Positions 1 through 19,700 of a DNA stretch of 64,000 nucleotides are shown here, piece after piece (positions within the stretch are counted from its first letter, which is position 1; each line of letters opens with the position of its first letter). The notes under the pieces were generated by a model that did not search any database, was not told where the DNA came from, and saw only the letters and a program-made list of their open reading frames with translations. This stretch comes from Escherichia phage PE37. The DNA is taken from sequence record NC_054929.1; one strand, given 5' to 3'. The position numbers were made by a program, and so were the translations under genes.

Positions 1-100
1 TCTTTGATTAAATCAGTCGTTCTTGCAGCCATGGCTTCAGCAAATAATTTACGAGCGGCTACGAGGTCGTTTGATTTAATAGCTTCAATTAAACCTTCCA

Positions 101-1726
<1,626 letters not shown>

Positions 1727-1758
1727 TTAAGCAGGATGGGGATTTCTCCCCATTCATT

Positions 1759-2250
1759 TTATTCCCAATAATCGAGAGCAAGAGTTACTTCAAATGTTTG
1801 GATTTCATTGTTTGAATCCCAATCTAATTGAAGTTCACCCACGTTAGTAGGCCACAGACCTTTAATTTCAATTTCTTTTGTTACTGTTTTAGCGTCACGA
1901 GCATATTGACGAACGATAGCGCTCTTTTTATACTCTGCAGGTTTTCCACCAGTAATTTCGTTTCCTTGTCCTGCAGCAATGCTTTGCCAATCAACAAACT
2001 TCTGGCGAGCATCATGAGCTTCATCGTTCATTACTGTAACAGTCCAGTCATCGAATGTACGATCACCTGCTACGTTAATTTTACGGTTCATAAATCCGAC
2101 TGGAATTTTTTCTACAATACCAGCTGGTAAAGCAGTGGCTTTACATTGAAACGTAAAATTTTGTCCAAGATAAGAAATTTCTACTTGGAATAAGTTAGGT
2201 CGCGCAAAATCACCAGATTCAAACGCTCGTGTTACATCATCTACAAACAT
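1759..2250 (-). CDS. 19: tail tube protein gp19
   Basis: 163 aa, MFVDDVTRAFESGDF..., T4 gp19 length and sequence from memory; TATAAATA late promoters upstream. Confidence 0.95.
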   Translation of the reverse strand: MFVDDVTRAFESGDFARPNLFQVEISYLGQNFTFQCKATALPAGIVEKIPVGFMNRKINVAGDRTFDDWTVTVMNDEAHDARQKFVDWQSIAAGQGNEITGGKPAEYKKSAIVRQYARDAKTVTKEIEIKGLWPTNVGELQLDWDSNNEIQTFEVTLALDYWE

Positions 2251-2264
2251 ATTAGCCTCTGTAG

Positions 2265-2272
2265 TATTTATA
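2265..2272 (-). promoter_or_regulatory. late promoter (proximal) for gene 19
   Basis: TATAAATA about 15 nt upstream of ATG. Confidence 0.6.
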
Positions 2273-2323
2273 TCCCTATGTTTAACCTAGGGCATATAGA
2301 ATTAAAGAATTAAGGATATAGTG

Positions 2324-2331
2324 TATTTATA
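2324..2331 (-). promoter_or_regulatory. late promoter (distal) for gene 19
   Basis: TATAAATA on minus strand. Confidence 0.55.
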
Positions 2332-2332
2332 T

Positions 2333-2350
2333 GGCCTGCCGAAACAGGCC
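2333..2350 (-). other. stem-loop after gene 18
   Basis: GGCCTG-CCGAAA-CAGGCC. Confidence 0.5.
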
Positions 2351-2366
2351 TTTAGAATGCACCGTA

Positions 2367-4346
2367 TTAACCTGCAAGACCAGTTAACTCATCGAAATCT
2401 GCACCGGTAGCAGTTGCTACGAAGTTTAAGGTAATGTAGTTAATGCTTCTAGCCGGTTGGATGTAGAATGTTGCAACAAACTCATTTCTATCAATTACTG
2501 ACGGAGTGTTATTTGTTGTATCGCAAACTACACGATATTCATAAATTCCACCGAGAGCTTTAATTCCCTGTAAGTACTGGGCAGTTTCTGTGCGGAATGA
2601 TGAACGAGTAAACGCATTGTTTAATTCGAACAAACGATATTTTGAACTACGTCCGATATTCGTTTTCAACATATTAAACAGACGACGAACGTTAATACGA
2701 TCAAACGGAGAAGGAACAGAAGTAGCTGTTTTATCACCATACAATACGTAACCATCACCACCTGTACCAGTTACCGGGTTGATAGCTTCTTGGTATAAAC
2801 GGTCGCGCTGAGCCTGGCGAGTTTCAATAGCAAGTTTAATAACGTTAAGAATCTGGCCACGATTATAACCAGCTGGAGACATCCAAGTCTGAGAAACGTT
2901 ATCGGTTCTCGCGCATAAACCAGCAATATCAGCTGCTAATGGAACCCAACGATTCACATCATTATATTTGTCATACTGATATTTGTAGTTGCCATCGATT
3001 GCTGCATAGGTTGAACTGATATTAAAGTTATTATCAGTGTATGAACCTGCTGCAGTTCTCCAATTGACTAAGTTATCAACAGCACGAGTTACAGGAATTC
3101 CAACTACAGTTTCACGTGGTGGTGAGCACAATACTAAGCAATCTTGACGAGCATCCCCAATTGAAACGACGTGTTTTTGGACAGTAGATGCTGTTTCTAA
3201 AGATTCACCGGCACAAGAACCCGCAATAAACAGTTGAACGTCAACAGATTCGCGGTCAGCAAAGAAGTCCCAAGCTTCCATCAAATCTCCTGCTGTTACT
3301 TCAGCATTTGATGATAATCCACCAGACAGAGTTAAAATTCCAGAGAAGCCTTCTGGCCAGTTTTGTGCAGTTGCAAAAATATATTCTGAACCACCTTTTG
3401 CGAAAAAGTCATCGATATAGATGTTACTATCGTAAATATCTTTTTCACCACGCTTAGTTGAAAGAACAACGCTTTGAACAATAGCATCATTACGACGAAC
3501 TATAATAGCGTACTGTGAATCAGTTTGTGGTCCATATCCAAACACTGCTTTAGCAGTAGATGCACGAGTACCACCACCTGGATAAATTGGGAGTAATGCA
3601 GAAGCTCCTTTTGCATAGTCAGCTTTAGATACGATTTCAATTTCAATTTTATCGCCTAATTCGCCTGGATAAAGAGCTACTACTCCTGGAATTCCGTATT
3701 TTTCGAGATTTGCTTGAAAGTCAACCGCTGTCATAGCAGCTTCAGCATTTTCAATTTCAGCTAATAAAATACCAGAATCAGTAATAATTTTTCCGAGAGT
3801 TATTACTGCAGCTAAACCAGAGGAAGATGAAGAAATTTCCGCAGTCCAGTTAGAACCTAGTGTTGGATATTCACCGACTTCTTTCGCTTTAGCGATAATT
3901 TTTGCAGTAGGAATATTAATTTTCTTGATTTTTCCATCTGCGTCTACTTCAGTAATTTTACCTTCAGTTTCAATATCATCTGAAACATATTTGACCGTGA
4001 TTTTATCTCCAACTGCATAGTTACTACCTGGGGTAGAAATTGTGTATTCAATATTACCAGCAATCGGAGATGAGTTTTTAGCGGTATCTCTATCAACAGC
4101 ACGAACTACTCGTAAGTCATTTCCGTACTGCAAGAAATTCATCGCAGACATAAAATAGTCAGCAGTTTCAGCTGTTGGTTGACCAAAAGTATTAACTAAA
4201 TCTACTTCATTTGTAACCTGTTTAATCTGAAAAGCAGGACCCCACTGGAATTTACCGGCCAAAGCTGCTGTACCAGTAGAGTTATTAACCACGGTGCTTT
4301 GAACCGTAGTTTCTTTGAGCTCAATGCCCGGAGATAATAAAGTCAT
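2367..4346 (-). CDS. 18: contractile tail sheath protein gp18
   Basis: 659 aa; matches T4 gp18 length and N-terminus MTLLSPGIELKETTVQ. Confidence 0.95.
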   Translation of the reverse strand: MTLLSPGIELKETTVQSTVVNNSTGTAALAGKFQWGPAFQIKQVTNEVDLVNTFGQPTAETADYFMSAMNFLQYGNDLRVVRAVDRDTAKNSSPIAGNIEYTISTPGSNYAVGDKITVKYVSDDIETEGKITEVDADGKIKKINIPTAKIIAKAKEVGEYPTLGSNWTAEISSSSSGLAAVITLGKIITDSGILLAEIENAEAAMTAVDFQANLEKYGIPGVVALYPGELGDKIEIEIVSKADYAKGASALLPIYPGGGTRASTAKAVFGYGPQTDSQYAIIVRRNDAIVQSVVLSTKRGEKDIYDSNIYIDDFFAKGGSEYIFATAQNWPEGFSGILTLSGGLSSNAEVTAGDLMEAWDFFADRESVDVQLFIAGSCAGESLETASTVQKHVVSIGDARQDCLVLCSPPRETVVGIPVTRAVDNLVNWRTAAGSYTDNNFNISSTYAAIDGNYKYQYDKYNDVNRWVPLAADIAGLCARTDNVSQTWMSPAGYNRGQILNVIKLAIETRQAQRDRLYQEAINPVTGTGGDGYVLYGDKTATSVPSPFDRINVRRLFNMLKTNIGRSSKYRLFELNNAFTRSSFRTETAQYLQGIKALGGIYEYRVVCDTTNNTPSVIDRNEFVATFYIQPARSINYITLNFVATATGADFDELTGLAG

Positions 4347-4374
4347 TTTTAATCCTCTTTAATATGCTTTAATA

Positions 4375-7515
<3,141 letters not shown>

Positions 7516-7556
7516 GATTTCTCCTAATCTGGGCTTTAATTAGTTTATAATATTTA

Positions 7557-9258
<1,702 letters not shown>

Positions 9259-9272
9259 TTAAAATCCTTTAG

Positions 9273-9288
9273 GGCCTTGCGGCCCCAT
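9273..9288 (-). other. stem-loop between wac and 13
   Basis: GGGCC-TTGC-GGCCC. Confidence 0.45.
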
Positions 9289-9289
9289 G

Positions 9290-10747
9290 TTATGCTGGTG
9301 ATAAAAAGGTAGAAAGCAATACCCATTCGCCGTCTTTACGAACGTAAGCTTGACCATCTTTTGGAGCTTCAGGAATATAACCAGCTTCTTGTAAAGTCTG
9401 GACATCCCTCTGCAATGAGGACACATTACCTTTAATACTACGAATCTCTTGATTAATTGAAGAAATGTTAGTCTCATTAGCTTTTATTGAATTAGTCAAT
9501 CCGCGTTCTTCGACAGTTGAACCATTCGGATTTGTTCCATTTACTAATTTATTTAGTGTTACAACTTGCCCTTTAATTCCGGAATTGTTATTACCAATTT
9601 CAACCTGTAAGTTTTGAACATCATTGTTAAGTCTATTAACAGAGGTTTCAACAGTTGAAACTCTATTTAAAAGAGACCCCGGAGGAGAAGGTTGACCTCC
9701 GTTAGAATCAGTTCCAACTATCTGATTTAGCCATGAAACGTTAGCTCTTAAACCGGACGAGGTGTTTTCACCTACAATTCCATTTAAAGATTCAATAGAA
9801 GTGGTATTATCTTTAATTTGACCTTTAATACTAGAAGGAATATCATCTGAACCAATCGATGTTTCAATGACAGTTAATCGCTGTTTAACGCCGCCACTTT
9901 TATTTAGTTCATCATTTAAAGCTGAAATTTCTTGACTATTGACATTGACATCTGTGATTATTGAAGTATTTCCTGGATATCCAATAGAAGTTTTGATAGA
10001 TTTAATTTCGGAACTAAGATTAATCTGCGATTGATCTAAATTATGCACACGTGAATATATGCTTTCACTAAATGAAGATGGTCTTTGTCCTAATTCCTGT
10101 CTAAGATTTCCTACTTCGATTGTAAGCGAACCTACATCAGATTCAATAAATTTTTCTTCCAAATCACTTAGACGTATTCCTTGGGAAGTTATAGCATCCG
10201 TATTATTAATGATACGATGCTTCATTCCTGTGCTGCTATTTCCTACAACAGGAAGACCATTAATATCTTGTCCAGCATATTGCCCTAATTCTCTTTTAAT
10301 CCATAACAAATCATTTCGAACTGTTCTATAAACTGAATTTGCGTGTTCATTAAATGGTCCTATATCAGAAAGAATGCGGTCAACAGTGGCATTTGTACCA
10401 TTTAATATATCAGTGTGTTCATTCGTAAGCGTCTTTAAATTTGATATGTCATTTTTATTAACGCTAATCTGTGATAGTGCTTCGATATCTCCAGATACAT
10501 CCAAAATGCCTTGAATTGTTTTAATATCTTCCTGTGATGTTTCAACGGCAGTTTTAAGAATTCCTATATTTTCATCAAGAACCTCAACATTTTTAAATAC
10601 GGACACAATTGGTCTATTCATTGATCCATCGTTTCCATACTTAGTACTAGCTCCTAGTATTTCTTCACCATTTTTAATCCATGAAATACGTTCCTGACCT
10701 TCGCCAGGAACGCTATCAACAAAAGGTAAATCTTTTAATTCAATCAT
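9290..10747 (-). CDS. wac: fibritin (whisker) Wac
   Basis: 485 aa; C-terminal foldon [27 protein letters not shown]; T4 wac is 487 aa from memory. Confidence 0.9.
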   Translation of the reverse strand: MIELKDLPFVDSVPGEGQERISWIKNGEEILGASTKYGNDGSMNRPIVSVFKNVEVLDENIGILKTAVETSQEDIKTIQGILDVSGDIEALSQISVNKNDISNLKTLTNEHTDILNGTNATVDRILSDIGPFNEHANSVYRTVRNDLLWIKRELGQYAGQDINGLPVVGNSSTGMKHRIINNTDAITSQGIRLSDLEEKFIESDVGSLTIEVGNLRQELGQRPSSFSESIYSRVHNLDQSQINLSSEIKSIKTSIGYPGNTSIITDVNVNSQEISALNDELNKSGGVKQRLTVIETSIGSDDIPSSIKGQIKDNTTSIESLNGIVGENTSSGLRANVSWLNQIVGTDSNGGQPSPPGSLLNRVSTVETSVNRLNNDVQNLQVEIGNNNSGIKGQVVTLNKLVNGTNPNGSTVEERGLTNSIKANETNISSINQEIRSIKGNVSSLQRDVQTLQEAGYIPEAPKDGQAYVRKDGEWVLLSTFLSPA

Positions 10748-10756
10748 TTGTAATCC

Positions 10757-12307
10757 TTAGTAATGAATTTTAATAATATAGTTTAATGATATATTCCATG
10801 GTCTAGTTTCATAACCAATTAATCCTTCACGATTAAGTGTACCAAGGGCATCTCTCGGTCCACCTAATTCAAATCCATCATTAGTGAAGTATGAAGCATT
10901 ATCCCAGTCGGCATATTTTCTAGTTCCAAGATATCCTTGATAAACGGACGCGCCAAATGGAGCTTCATGTCTTTGGTATTCTCCCCAACCGCCAGCATGT
11001 TTATGGTATGACATCTGTTGTGCTTGAACACCGCCAACATGCATTCCGTCACATCCTACACCAAGTCTATCCTTCCCGTAACCATCTTGCCCTCGTTGAT
11101 TTAAAATATGACCACCAGTACCAGCTCCTCTGACGAAAAGACCTCGCATATCAGGAATGCCAGGATTATTCCAATCGCCACCAAATCTCGTTCCAACTGT
11201 GTTTCTATAATCAGGATATTGATCTCCTGACACAGTTCCACCATGGCACATAATCCAACCAGGAGGAGCTGAATCTCCAGCAAACATCATAATAGTTCCA
11301 ACTGGAACCCTTTCGGACGCATATCTTTCAGTGGCAACAGGTTGATCACCATTTTTCCACATACCGCCGCGCGACCAAATTCCATTTGCTGTAAGATGGT
11401 CTAAATTTAAAGAACCATTAATAGTTTGTCCACCGCGAGTATTAATTACATCTGCGTTCCATGCTAATGCTCCAGAGCTATCACCTTCAGGGGCAATACC
11501 GGCTTGCGTCGTTAATTTTACTACCCCACGCATAGAACCGGTAGCTCCTCGACCATTTAGTGTTTCACCTGTTACAGCAACATCTCCCAAATTACTGTTA
11601 ATTTCCGATTGCGTTCCTAAACGTATAACACCCTTATATTCTTGTGTTGCAACAGAATTCATAAAGGTATACGGGGAAATTGCATATCCTTCGCGAAGAG
11701 TTCCTTGACGAGTTTGAGCGACAGTTGATAACTGAACTACGCCTCTAACAGATTCTGATGCTGTGTCTTCTGAAGGAGCTATTTGCGAAATTAATTTTAT
11801 TGCAAGTTTTTGTGTTTTTAGCGGAGTCATTGCCGTAGTATCATCTACTCCAGCTAAAGCTGCAGGTGTAGATGATATTTTAATAACCCCGTTTGATGAC
11901 TCAGACGAATATCTATTTTGGAACACATCGTCAGTATGGTATTTCAGTTTTTGCGGCGTTATTGATGAATTATTATCTGAGCCTTCTAATGTTTCTTCAT
12001 TTGTTGAATAGCGCGTTAAACCATACTTAGTTTCAGTAGCATTTGGATACAATAATCTTGTTGCTAATGTAGCCGGTGTAACGATTTTAGAATTATTAGT
12101 TCCATCTAAAACCTCTTGCTCTGACGCAATCATTGCTATTCCTTTAACTTCCATAGTTGCATCAGGAATACCATTTACGCCGATATTACTTATTTTTGAT
12201 AATGCAGACTGCACTGTCGTGACAGTGTCAGGAAAATTCGATCCTGCAGGATCGAATTTAACGTATTTTGATTCATTTGATACGTGCTGATATGTATTGT
12301 TACTCAT
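10757..12307 (-). CDS. 12: short tail fiber gp12
   Basis: 516 aa (T4 gp12 527 aa from memory); synteny between wac and 11. Confidence 0.85.
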   Translation of the reverse strand: MSNNTYQHVSNESKYVKFDPAGSNFPDTVTTVQSALSKISNIGVNGIPDATMEVKGIAMIASEQEVLDGTNNSKIVTPATLATRLLYPNATETKYGLTRYSTNEETLEGSDNNSSITPQKLKYHTDDVFQNRYSSESSNGVIKISSTPAALAGVDDTTAMTPLKTQKLAIKLISQIAPSEDTASESVRGVVQLSTVAQTRQGTLREGYAISPYTFMNSVATQEYKGVIRLGTQSEINSNLGDVAVTGETLNGRGATGSMRGVVKLTTQAGIAPEGDSSGALAWNADVINTRGGQTINGSLNLDHLTANGIWSRGGMWKNGDQPVATERYASERVPVGTIMMFAGDSAPPGWIMCHGGTVSGDQYPDYRNTVGTRFGGDWNNPGIPDMRGLFVRGAGTGGHILNQRGQDGYGKDRLGVGCDGMHVGGVQAQQMSYHKHAGGWGEYQRHEAPFGASVYQGYLGTRKYADWDNASYFTNDGFELGGPRDALGTLNREGLIGYETRPWNISLNYIIKIHY

Positions 12308-12963
12308 GCTATTCTCTCAAAATAATAAAATACCGTAGGTTGTGTGTGACTATCTAGCGTGACAGTTTGCGCACCTAATAATTGCCAAGTTCCGTATCCA
12401 GGTTTAGAAGGAGAAATTATTTCTTGTTTGAAAGTAATTCCTTTATCAGAGTATTGTTCTAAGATATGTTCTTGGTTATCTAAATACTTAACTTGTATTT
12501 TATTTCCTACGGTAGGATGGTCTTCAAATGAATCAATTGCAATAAATTTTGCAACCATTTCCTGCAGAGCTGTTCTAACGGCACTCGTGAATTCGATTGA
12601 AGTCATTCCGTTAGTAGCTTTAACTGGAATACCAAACATGTTAACAATAACTGGGTCACCTGGTTTGGCTGAAGTATCAGTAACAGTTCCTTCAAATGAC
12701 CAGTAGTCTGTTTGCTGCACGCCAGTAGGAGATACGCCACTTATATTAACTAATACAGCTCCAACCTGTTGCTCTGCCATATTTCTAACATCATTAATAG
12801 CAGATTCTACATTTGGGTCATAAAAACCTTTTGCTATTTGTGAAATTGTTACAGCGCCTACTGGCTGATTATTCATAACCGAAATATCATTTTTCTTAGT
12901 TCTAAAACCAAGAAAATCTGCTAAGCGGGAAATAACTCCCGCTTTATTATTAAGTAAACTCAT
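12304..12963 (-). CDS. 11: baseplate wedge protein gp11
   Basis: Start moved to ATG giving [14 protein letters not shown] (219 aa); TAATG overlap with gp10 stop. Confidence 0.9.
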   Translation of the reverse strand: MSLLNNKAGVISRLADFLGFRTKKNDISVMNNQPVGAVTISQIAKGFYDPNVESAINDVRNMAEQQVGAVLVNISGVSPTGVQQTDYWSFEGTVTDTSAKPGDPVIVNMFGIPVKATNGMTSIEFTSAVRTALQEMVAKFIAIDSFEDHPTVGNKIQVKYLDNQEHILEQYSDKGITFKQEIISPSKPGYGTWQLLGAQTVTLDSHTQPTVFYYFERIA

Positions 12964-14768
12964 TATGCAATCCTTATCCAACGGTATACAGTAATAGACG
13001 GTTGAATATTACTAATATTAGCAGGAGGAGTATGTGAAGAGTTTGTTGTTGCGTAGTCTTCACGATATTTTGTATATATAGGACCAGTTTCGTCTGGGTC
13101 ATATTGACAACCTCCAATAATAACTGATCCGTTTTCATCTTCAATTAAAACTTTTTCATCAGTTTTAGTCGCAGGAAGATTTGCGTTCTCAAGTGTCACT
13201 GATGTTGTTCCAACTGTTCCACCAGCAGTATGTGAAGGATTTCCGCTAGAATCTAAATCATTGTTGTTTAATGCAAAGTTTGGATCCGTAACATCATCAT
13301 TCCATCCTACTAAAACTTGTCCTTTACCAAATAATTTCCATGAACCAAATCCCATATAAGTTACTGGATTATTTGGGTTTATAGCATTTTCATAAATTGA
13401 ACCAATGGGATAAATGCTATCGAAAATAGATGATATTGAATTATACGTTCTAGTATAAGAATCAACTTTTTCAACATTTGGCCAACCGATTTTATCAAAA
13501 TCAGTTAAGGCTACATCACCAGTAACTTCAGTAGATGATCCTTTGCTAACATAGCGTTCATCAGTTAATTCAATAATGTCATCTTTTTCCAAAAGAGTTC
13601 CTAAATCATTATTGAACCACGTTATAACGATTATATCGCCTGATTCAAATTTTCTATCAAATAAAAGACTGATCGGTTTTCCATCTTCATATTCTATAGA
13701 ATAATCTGTGTTTGATTCTTTCCATTCACCGCCAAGAGATATACATCCTTCTTGCGTATCTGAATTAGCACCTTCACACAAAAACAGAGGATATCCGGCT
13801 GTTCCAGCTTGTTGTTGTAAAATTCCATTAAAACGAACTTCAAGAGAATTAGGATTAATAGGTTCTCCAGGAATTAATCCAAATGCAGAGAATGGAATTG
13901 ATTTCATTGTTGATAAATCAGTAACGTAAATACTTCCTTCTAAAGAAGTTTTTGACGTTAATTTTGAATCTAATACTTTTATTTGGCGTCTTGTATATGA
14001 ACTTCTCCATTGTGATACACCATCCATAAATGTTTCAATTTGAACAGTGTCACCAATATTACAAGGCTGTCTTAACCTAATATTAAATCCATCAAGAGGA
14101 ATCAATTCTCCTTCATTTTCCCCAGGAGAGCCAAAGTCACTGTTTTCACTAAATACATCGCCATAATATAATTCATTACCGCGGTGTTTTACTCGGATGT
14201 TATTAACATTATAGCTAGTTCCACGGAAAACATCTAAAAAGTCTGTTTGTCCTTGAACTTCGACTAAAAATTCTTTACGTGCTACATTACTAATATCTGA
14301 ACTAATAATTTTGTCAATTTGTTTGTTTTTGACATATTCCCAACGTCCTGGAGCACAATAAACTAATTCTAAATCGCTAAATTGAACATTAATTTCAACT
14401 GATGACGATGATCCTTTAATAGTATCACCAGAAGCGGCTACTAGAGTAACTGGATTAACATTCCATGTTGCAAATACATCCCTAGCTCTAATTACTTTAT
14501 TATAATCATTAACAGTTCCTTTAGGAAGTTGCAGTGTTACTCTTCCAGACGAAGTATTAATAGCGTATGATTTTCCCCATTCAGCTTTTAATGTTTGCCC
14601 AGATGAAGCATTATAAGTTTTCCAAGCACCGGCTGAATATGGAACATTACCATCACCAAGTTCATAATAAAGCTCATCAAAGTTTTCATTTATTTTTATA
14701 CCACCTTTACGCAGGTAGTCACCGGTACCATCATCTACAACATTACCGATATTAATATTTTGTTTCAT
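12963..14768 (-). CDS. 10: baseplate wedge protein gp10
   Basis: 601 aa, synteny. Confidence 0.9.
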   Translation of the reverse strand: MKQNINIGNVVDDGTGDYLRKGGIKINENFDELYYELGDGNVPYSAGAWKTYNASSGQTLKAEWGKSYAINTSSGRVTLQLPKGTVNDYNKVIRARDVFATWNVNPVTLVAASGDTIKGSSSSVEINVQFSDLELVYCAPGRWEYVKNKQIDKIISSDISNVARKEFLVEVQGQTDFLDVFRGTSYNVNNIRVKHRGNELYYGDVFSENSDFGSPGENEGELIPLDGFNIRLRQPCNIGDTVQIETFMDGVSQWRSSYTRRQIKVLDSKLTSKTSLEGSIYVTDLSTMKSIPFSAFGLIPGEPINPNSLEVRFNGILQQQAGTAGYPLFLCEGANSDTQEGCISLGGEWKESNTDYSIEYEDGKPISLLFDRKFESGDIIVITWFNNDLGTLLEKDDIIELTDERYVSKGSSTEVTGDVALTDFDKIGWPNVEKVDSYTRTYNSISSIFDSIYPIGSIYENAINPNNPVTYMGFGSWKLFGKGQVLVGWNDDVTDPNFALNNNDLDSSGNPSHTAGGTVGTTSVTLENANLPATKTDEKVLIEDENGSVIIGGCQYDPDETGPIYTKYREDYATTNSSHTPPANISNIQPSITVYRWIRIA

Positions 14769-15634
14769 TATTGAGCCACCCCGATTTTCTGCGTAGCGAT
14801 AACTTTAACTGCTGCTCTCATACCGACAGTTGAAGAACTTATAGTCGCCGTTACGTAATTTTCTTTAATACTAAATGCAATATTAGCGATTTCGTCTTCT
14901 TCGGTTTCATTCCCAACTCGCATGACAGCATATTCAGAAGAAATGACCTCTGAATTAACAGTATCCACAAGAATATTTATTTCTGCTGTTTTAATTTTTC
15001 TTCCATCTACTGATTGGCACGTAACTAGCAATTTAGCCATATTGTATTCAGTGCGATGAAATAGTGGAATGTCAACTGATTCAGATGTAGAAATATTCCA
15101 TGTACCTTCAGCTGGTGATTCCTTTTGCCCAAACATACTTTCAATAGAATAATTCCAAACCGACGTAGAATTATCAGATGAAATACAACGTAAAGTAACT
15201 TTACTATATGGACTAGTTACTACTAAATTACCTGAAACGCCTTTAATTGAATCAATAGCTTGAATCGTTAAAGGATTAGTAACTGATATTGATCCATTCG
15301 AGTTAATAAATTCAACACAGTCGCCAAGTTCGCCTCTTTCAATGATAACTTTAACACCTACGGTAGAAGTATCAATATCATGTCTAGTGCCAACTTTTAC
15401 TGGAGTTGCGTACTCCGCGATAGAGTGTTTTTGATAATATCCAGTAGCATGGATAATTTGACCATCAGCTCCAGTGCCATTTGCTACTGCCATTTTACGT
15501 TGATCGCCAAACGCGTTATAAATTGCGTTAAAATCACTATTAATTTTATTACCACCGTCGAATAAGATATCACCAGTAGAAGCGTTACCAATTTCGCCGG
15601 TATCAATCAATTTCTTTGGTTCTTGAATGAACAT
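14768..15634 (-). CDS. 9: baseplate wedge protein gp9 (long tail fiber socket)
   Basis: 288 aa; late promoter 25 nt upstream. Confidence 0.9.
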   Translation of the reverse strand: MFIQEPKKLIDTGEIGNASTGDILFDGGNKINSDFNAIYNAFGDQRKMAVANGTGADGQIIHATGYYQKHSIAEYATPVKVGTRHDIDTSTVGVKVIIERGELGDCVEFINSNGSISVTNPLTIQAIDSIKGVSGNLVVTSPYSKVTLRCISSDNSTSVWNYSIESMFGQKESPAEGTWNISTSESVDIPLFHRTEYNMAKLLVTCQSVDGRKIKTAEINILVDTVNSEVISSEYAVMRVGNETEEDEIANIAFSIKENYVTATISSSTVGMRAAVKVIATQKIGVAQ

Positions 15635-15658
15635 AGCGGTTTCCTTATGAGTTTATAG

Positions 15659-15666
15659 TATTTATA
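15659..15666 (-). promoter_or_regulatory. late promoter for gene 9
   Basis: TATAAATA on minus strand 25 nt upstream of ATG. Confidence 0.65.
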
Positions 15667-15675
15667 AAGAAAAAG

Positions 15676-15693
15676 GGAGCCCATGGGCTCCCT
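15676..15693 (-). terminator. stem-loop/terminator after gene 8
   Basis: GGGAGCCCATGGGCTCCC followed on minus strand by CTTTTTCTTT. Confidence 0.6.
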
Positions 15694-15697
15694 TAAT

Positions 15698-16702
15698 TTA
15701 AAATGTAAACAGAATATTGATTTCTTCTGTCTGATCCATTGCCATAATAATAGGTGGCCTATTTTCCATATAAATCATTTCACCCGAATGCCTCATTAAA
15801 TCTTCAGGATCATAATAATCCTTTTCAGCTTTAACGTTTGGATCATTTGGATGAACTTTAGCTTCAAGAGGATTTGTAATTATCGATATTTGTCTAAATC
15901 CTTTATTTCCCGGCAATGCAGCTTCAGGAAAATAAACTGAATCTAAATATGCTTTAAAACGAATTGTATTAGCTTTAACACGATAAATTAACCCAAAATC
16001 ATCTTGCTGCCAAGTGAGATTATCTTCATACCCCCATCTAGTCGGGTCTTCTTTTAATTCCTCAGGCCAAGGAACTACAATATACTCATTCGTGCATCTA
16101 TTTATAGATACATCAGGCGGAATCTCAAAAAGATATTCCCATACATATCCATCGCCGGGTTCAATTGTTCCTTCAGCATCTCCTCGGCCTTCAGGAGGAG
16201 TCATTGACCTAGCAGAAGGAGTCCATTTTCCACCTAATTTAAGGCATTCATCCTTATCAGTTAAAGATGCTATTGAGCACATTCCAGTATCAGGAACATC
16301 TAAACAGCGATACACTAACCATCCCGCGCCTGATTCAGTAGCGTTGTAAGGAGCTGAGTTGCACACTACAATATCGTTAATTCTAAATGTGTATGGATCT
16401 GGATATCTAGTATCTCCCCAATCTCGACGAGGAATAACTGCATCAAGCATAGATGGAAGAACTTTTACTGTTCCCATCATATGAGTCCACATGTCAGTTA
16501 CACCTAATACAGAATCGGTAGGATAAGGTGGGGCAAAGCCCACCTCATTTTCATTTGATGACCACGGTTCTGATCTTCCAAATGTGATAAAGATAGTGTT
16601 TTTATCCGGACCACTTCCAATTGAATTATAAAAATTCAACATTTTTTCTGTTCTAAATTTTGAAGTAACTATCGCACGATAGATAACACTTGAATCATTC
16701 AT
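15698..16702 (-). CDS. 8: baseplate wedge protein gp8
   Basis: 334 aa, synteny; hairpin plus U-run downstream. Confidence 0.9.
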   Translation of the reverse strand: MNDSSVIYRAIVTSKFRTEKMLNFYNSIGSGPDKNTIFITFGRSEPWSSNENEVGFAPPYPTDSVLGVTDMWTHMMGTVKVLPSMLDAVIPRRDWGDTRYPDPYTFRINDIVVCNSAPYNATESGAGWLVYRCLDVPDTGMCSIASLTDKDECLKLGGKWTPSARSMTPPEGRGDAEGTIEPGDGYVWEYLFEIPPDVSINRCTNEYIVVPWPEELKEDPTRWGYEDNLTWQQDDFGLIYRVKANTIRFKAYLDSVYFPEAALPGNKGFRQISIITNPLEAKVHPNDPNVKAEKDYYDPEDLMRHSGEMIYMENRPPIIMAMDQTEEINILFTF

Positions 16703-19700
16703 CTATTTTAACCTGTGTTGGATTTTCAGGGTCTCTTGGATTTCCTATATTATCTTTTAGACGTTTATTAACTAAATCTCTAAATTGTGCAAATGTTGTT
16801 CCAGATGCATCAAATAAAGGACTCATTAATTTACGTCGTTCAGACGGCAATTGACCTTGAAATATTGAATTGTTATTTTCAGCATTATAGTCATCAGGAA
16901 GAGGATATTCTACACCAGCCATTGGGCCAGGCTCATAAATTGCTTCGCCTGTTACCGAATCATGCTCAATTTCACCAGTTGGAGTCAATTTAGCTACTCT
17001 ATCAGCATATTCAGTAGGCAATCCAGAATCCCATTTATAGTTTTTGTATTTATTAATTATAGTCTCTGTGTGTTTAAGAGTTAAACCAACATTAATAAAC
17101 ATCGTTAAAAGTGTAATTGCTATAAATCCAAATCCTACTGGATGAACAAAACGAATAACGTCAGATTTCCAACGAGAAGAAGGTAAATTGGATTTAATTT
17201 TCATTACATAATATGATCGACTTCTATTAATATAGTCTATATTATTTTGAAGCAAATCCTTTCCTTTAACCCCACGAATAATTTCGCCTTCAAAACCTGG
17301 AAGTCTTTCTGCTTTAACTTCTTGTCCTGCTATTAAACGCCCCAAAAGATTATGTATAGTCACGGTCCATTGCAATTTACCATTAGAATAGCTTCTTTCT
17401 ATATAAGTAACATTACATCTTCCTGTAGCTGTATAAATCGTTTGTCCTACTAAATCTTCTGTAAGAGAATCAGATTGAATGATTACATCATATTCAGTAC
17501 CTGCTCCCGATTCAATTTCAATTTCAACTTCTTCATTATAAAGAACTTTAAAAAGAAATTTATATGATGCTTCAATTCCTTTAGTAGAATAAAAATCATA
17601 GCTACGTGATTCAAAAAATCTTGCAACAGCATCACGTTTGTCAGCATTTAAATAAATGTTTCTTTTATATATTTCTGACCATAAATATTCCCACGCATGC
17701 TCTTCTCGCGGATATTGGTTACGAATTAAATTTCGTAAATTGTTATACTGAGTTCCATATCCGTCAGAAAGATATTGAATATATGCTTCACAAAATGCCT
17801 CAAAATTAGAATCTTGTAACAAATAAGAATCAGGCATCATTGTGCCAATCAATGGTCTTAAATCAGGGTCAGCTAATCCATGTTCTTCTTCTGGTGACCA
17901 AGGAGTTTCGCGCTCTTGGTTTTGTAAAAATGCTTTTAAAAATACTTCAGTTGGCTTCCAAATAATTTCTACTGTATCTCTCACACGATAGTTAAAATCA
18001 TAATAAGAAATTATTTCGCCAGAAGATTTGTAGAAAAGCATCCCAGATGCATATTTTTTAAATCCGGTGAATTTAACATTTGGCATTACTATAGTGCAAT
18101 CGCCATCATCCCAGTATTCATGAACTAATCTATCTGGTGATGTTTCCGGAATATTTTCTATAACTTTAGTGTATTTTAAATCAGCATAAACTACTACAGC
18201 TTTATCAGAGTTGTTTATCCAACAACGAGTGTTAGATTTTTTAGACCAATTAAAGAACGGTTCTGCATAGTATTTCATCGGTTGAGGAGTAAAAGTCTCC
18301 CAATCAGATTTTTCATCCGCTATAAACGCCATCATATGATAATGTTTATCAGCTAACCATTCGCGAGGAAATTCATATTTAACAGCACCGATTAACTGGT
18401 ATTTTACAGCAGTTTTAGGGTCATTAACAACGTTATCACTTAAAAATTTAAAATTACTCGAAGACAGAGAAACTAATTTACCATCAGTTGACATGTTTGC
18501 GTATCCAGGTTGAATACGTCTTCTTTCTTCTTCGGTATTACCGAAAACTCTTTTCCATGTTTTCGTGTCTTGATTTAAAACATATATTCCTTTATCAGCG
18601 GAATCAATTATTTTTGATGTTCTAGGATTAGCATTTAATGTTTCAACTTCACCAATAATAAGAGCAAAAACTTTATCACCGATAGAATCCATTTTATAGC
18701 ATACAGCTTTAGGATTTCCAGTTATAGTCATTGTATCAGGTTCAAAAAGTCTTTCCGAGTATGTTGGTGATAACGGGTCAGAATCTATAGGTGCATTACT
18801 CGTTTTTATATATCTAACTTTATCTCTGGCAACAACATAGATATAATCATCCGTACAAGTAATGGCTTCAGCTATACGATATACATTCGCTGGTAAAGTC
18901 GCATAAGTAGCGAAGATTTCAACATCGAATCCTAAATGAAGTTGGTCTCCTAATTTAGCAAATGTTATATCCTGCGAACTGAATCTGACATCATCTGCTG
19001 ACCATCTAACATCAGTAGATTTGCGACCATAGAAAATCTTGTCGTATCCTAGAACGTATGTTGTGTTTGCAGATTGGTAATATACAGTCTTAGATAAAGG
19101 ATATCCTACACGGTCATTGAAGAGCTTTACAGCTTTCCAAGTTTGTCCTTTATCATTTGATACTTTAACTACGGGTTGATAGCGCTCAAAAAGATATAGA
19201 ATCCCTTCTGATTCCATCAAATAAACTCGGTTAATATCCTTACATACTTGCTGAATAGAACCTTGTATTTCATGATACTCGTTTTCACCAATAATAAAAT
19301 TACTGATTGATGAGACATCAGCATACGATGGGCTGAACTGAAATGATTCATTCATTAACGCAGCCATTATTGTGTCATTATTGAAATTGACATAATTAGA
19401 ATTATTAAGAGTGAACTTTTCCTGAATGAATTTATTAGCTAATTGCATTTCAATCATATTTTGAAATGTGTAAGCATTCGTAGCAAAAGTTTCAAACTCT
19501 TCGGTATAAATCCAATCAGACTGCTCAAAATCTTGCGCAGCCGTAGATACTCTAATAACATATGATGTCAGTGGATCAGCATCATCAAAAAAGAAACTAT
19601 TATTTGCTGTATATCCTAAATTAATCCAACGATATTGATTACTCGGGAGATTTTCCCCCGAGTTTGTTTTTGTCTCAGCGATTTCTACAAAATAGTAGAA

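Noticed and set aside
9259-9477. 72-aa minus-strand ORF at the wac/13 junction and other 60-115 aa ORFs antisense to or nested in structural genes
   Set aside because: Nested in or antisense to long conserved genes, no RBS, low-complexity translations.
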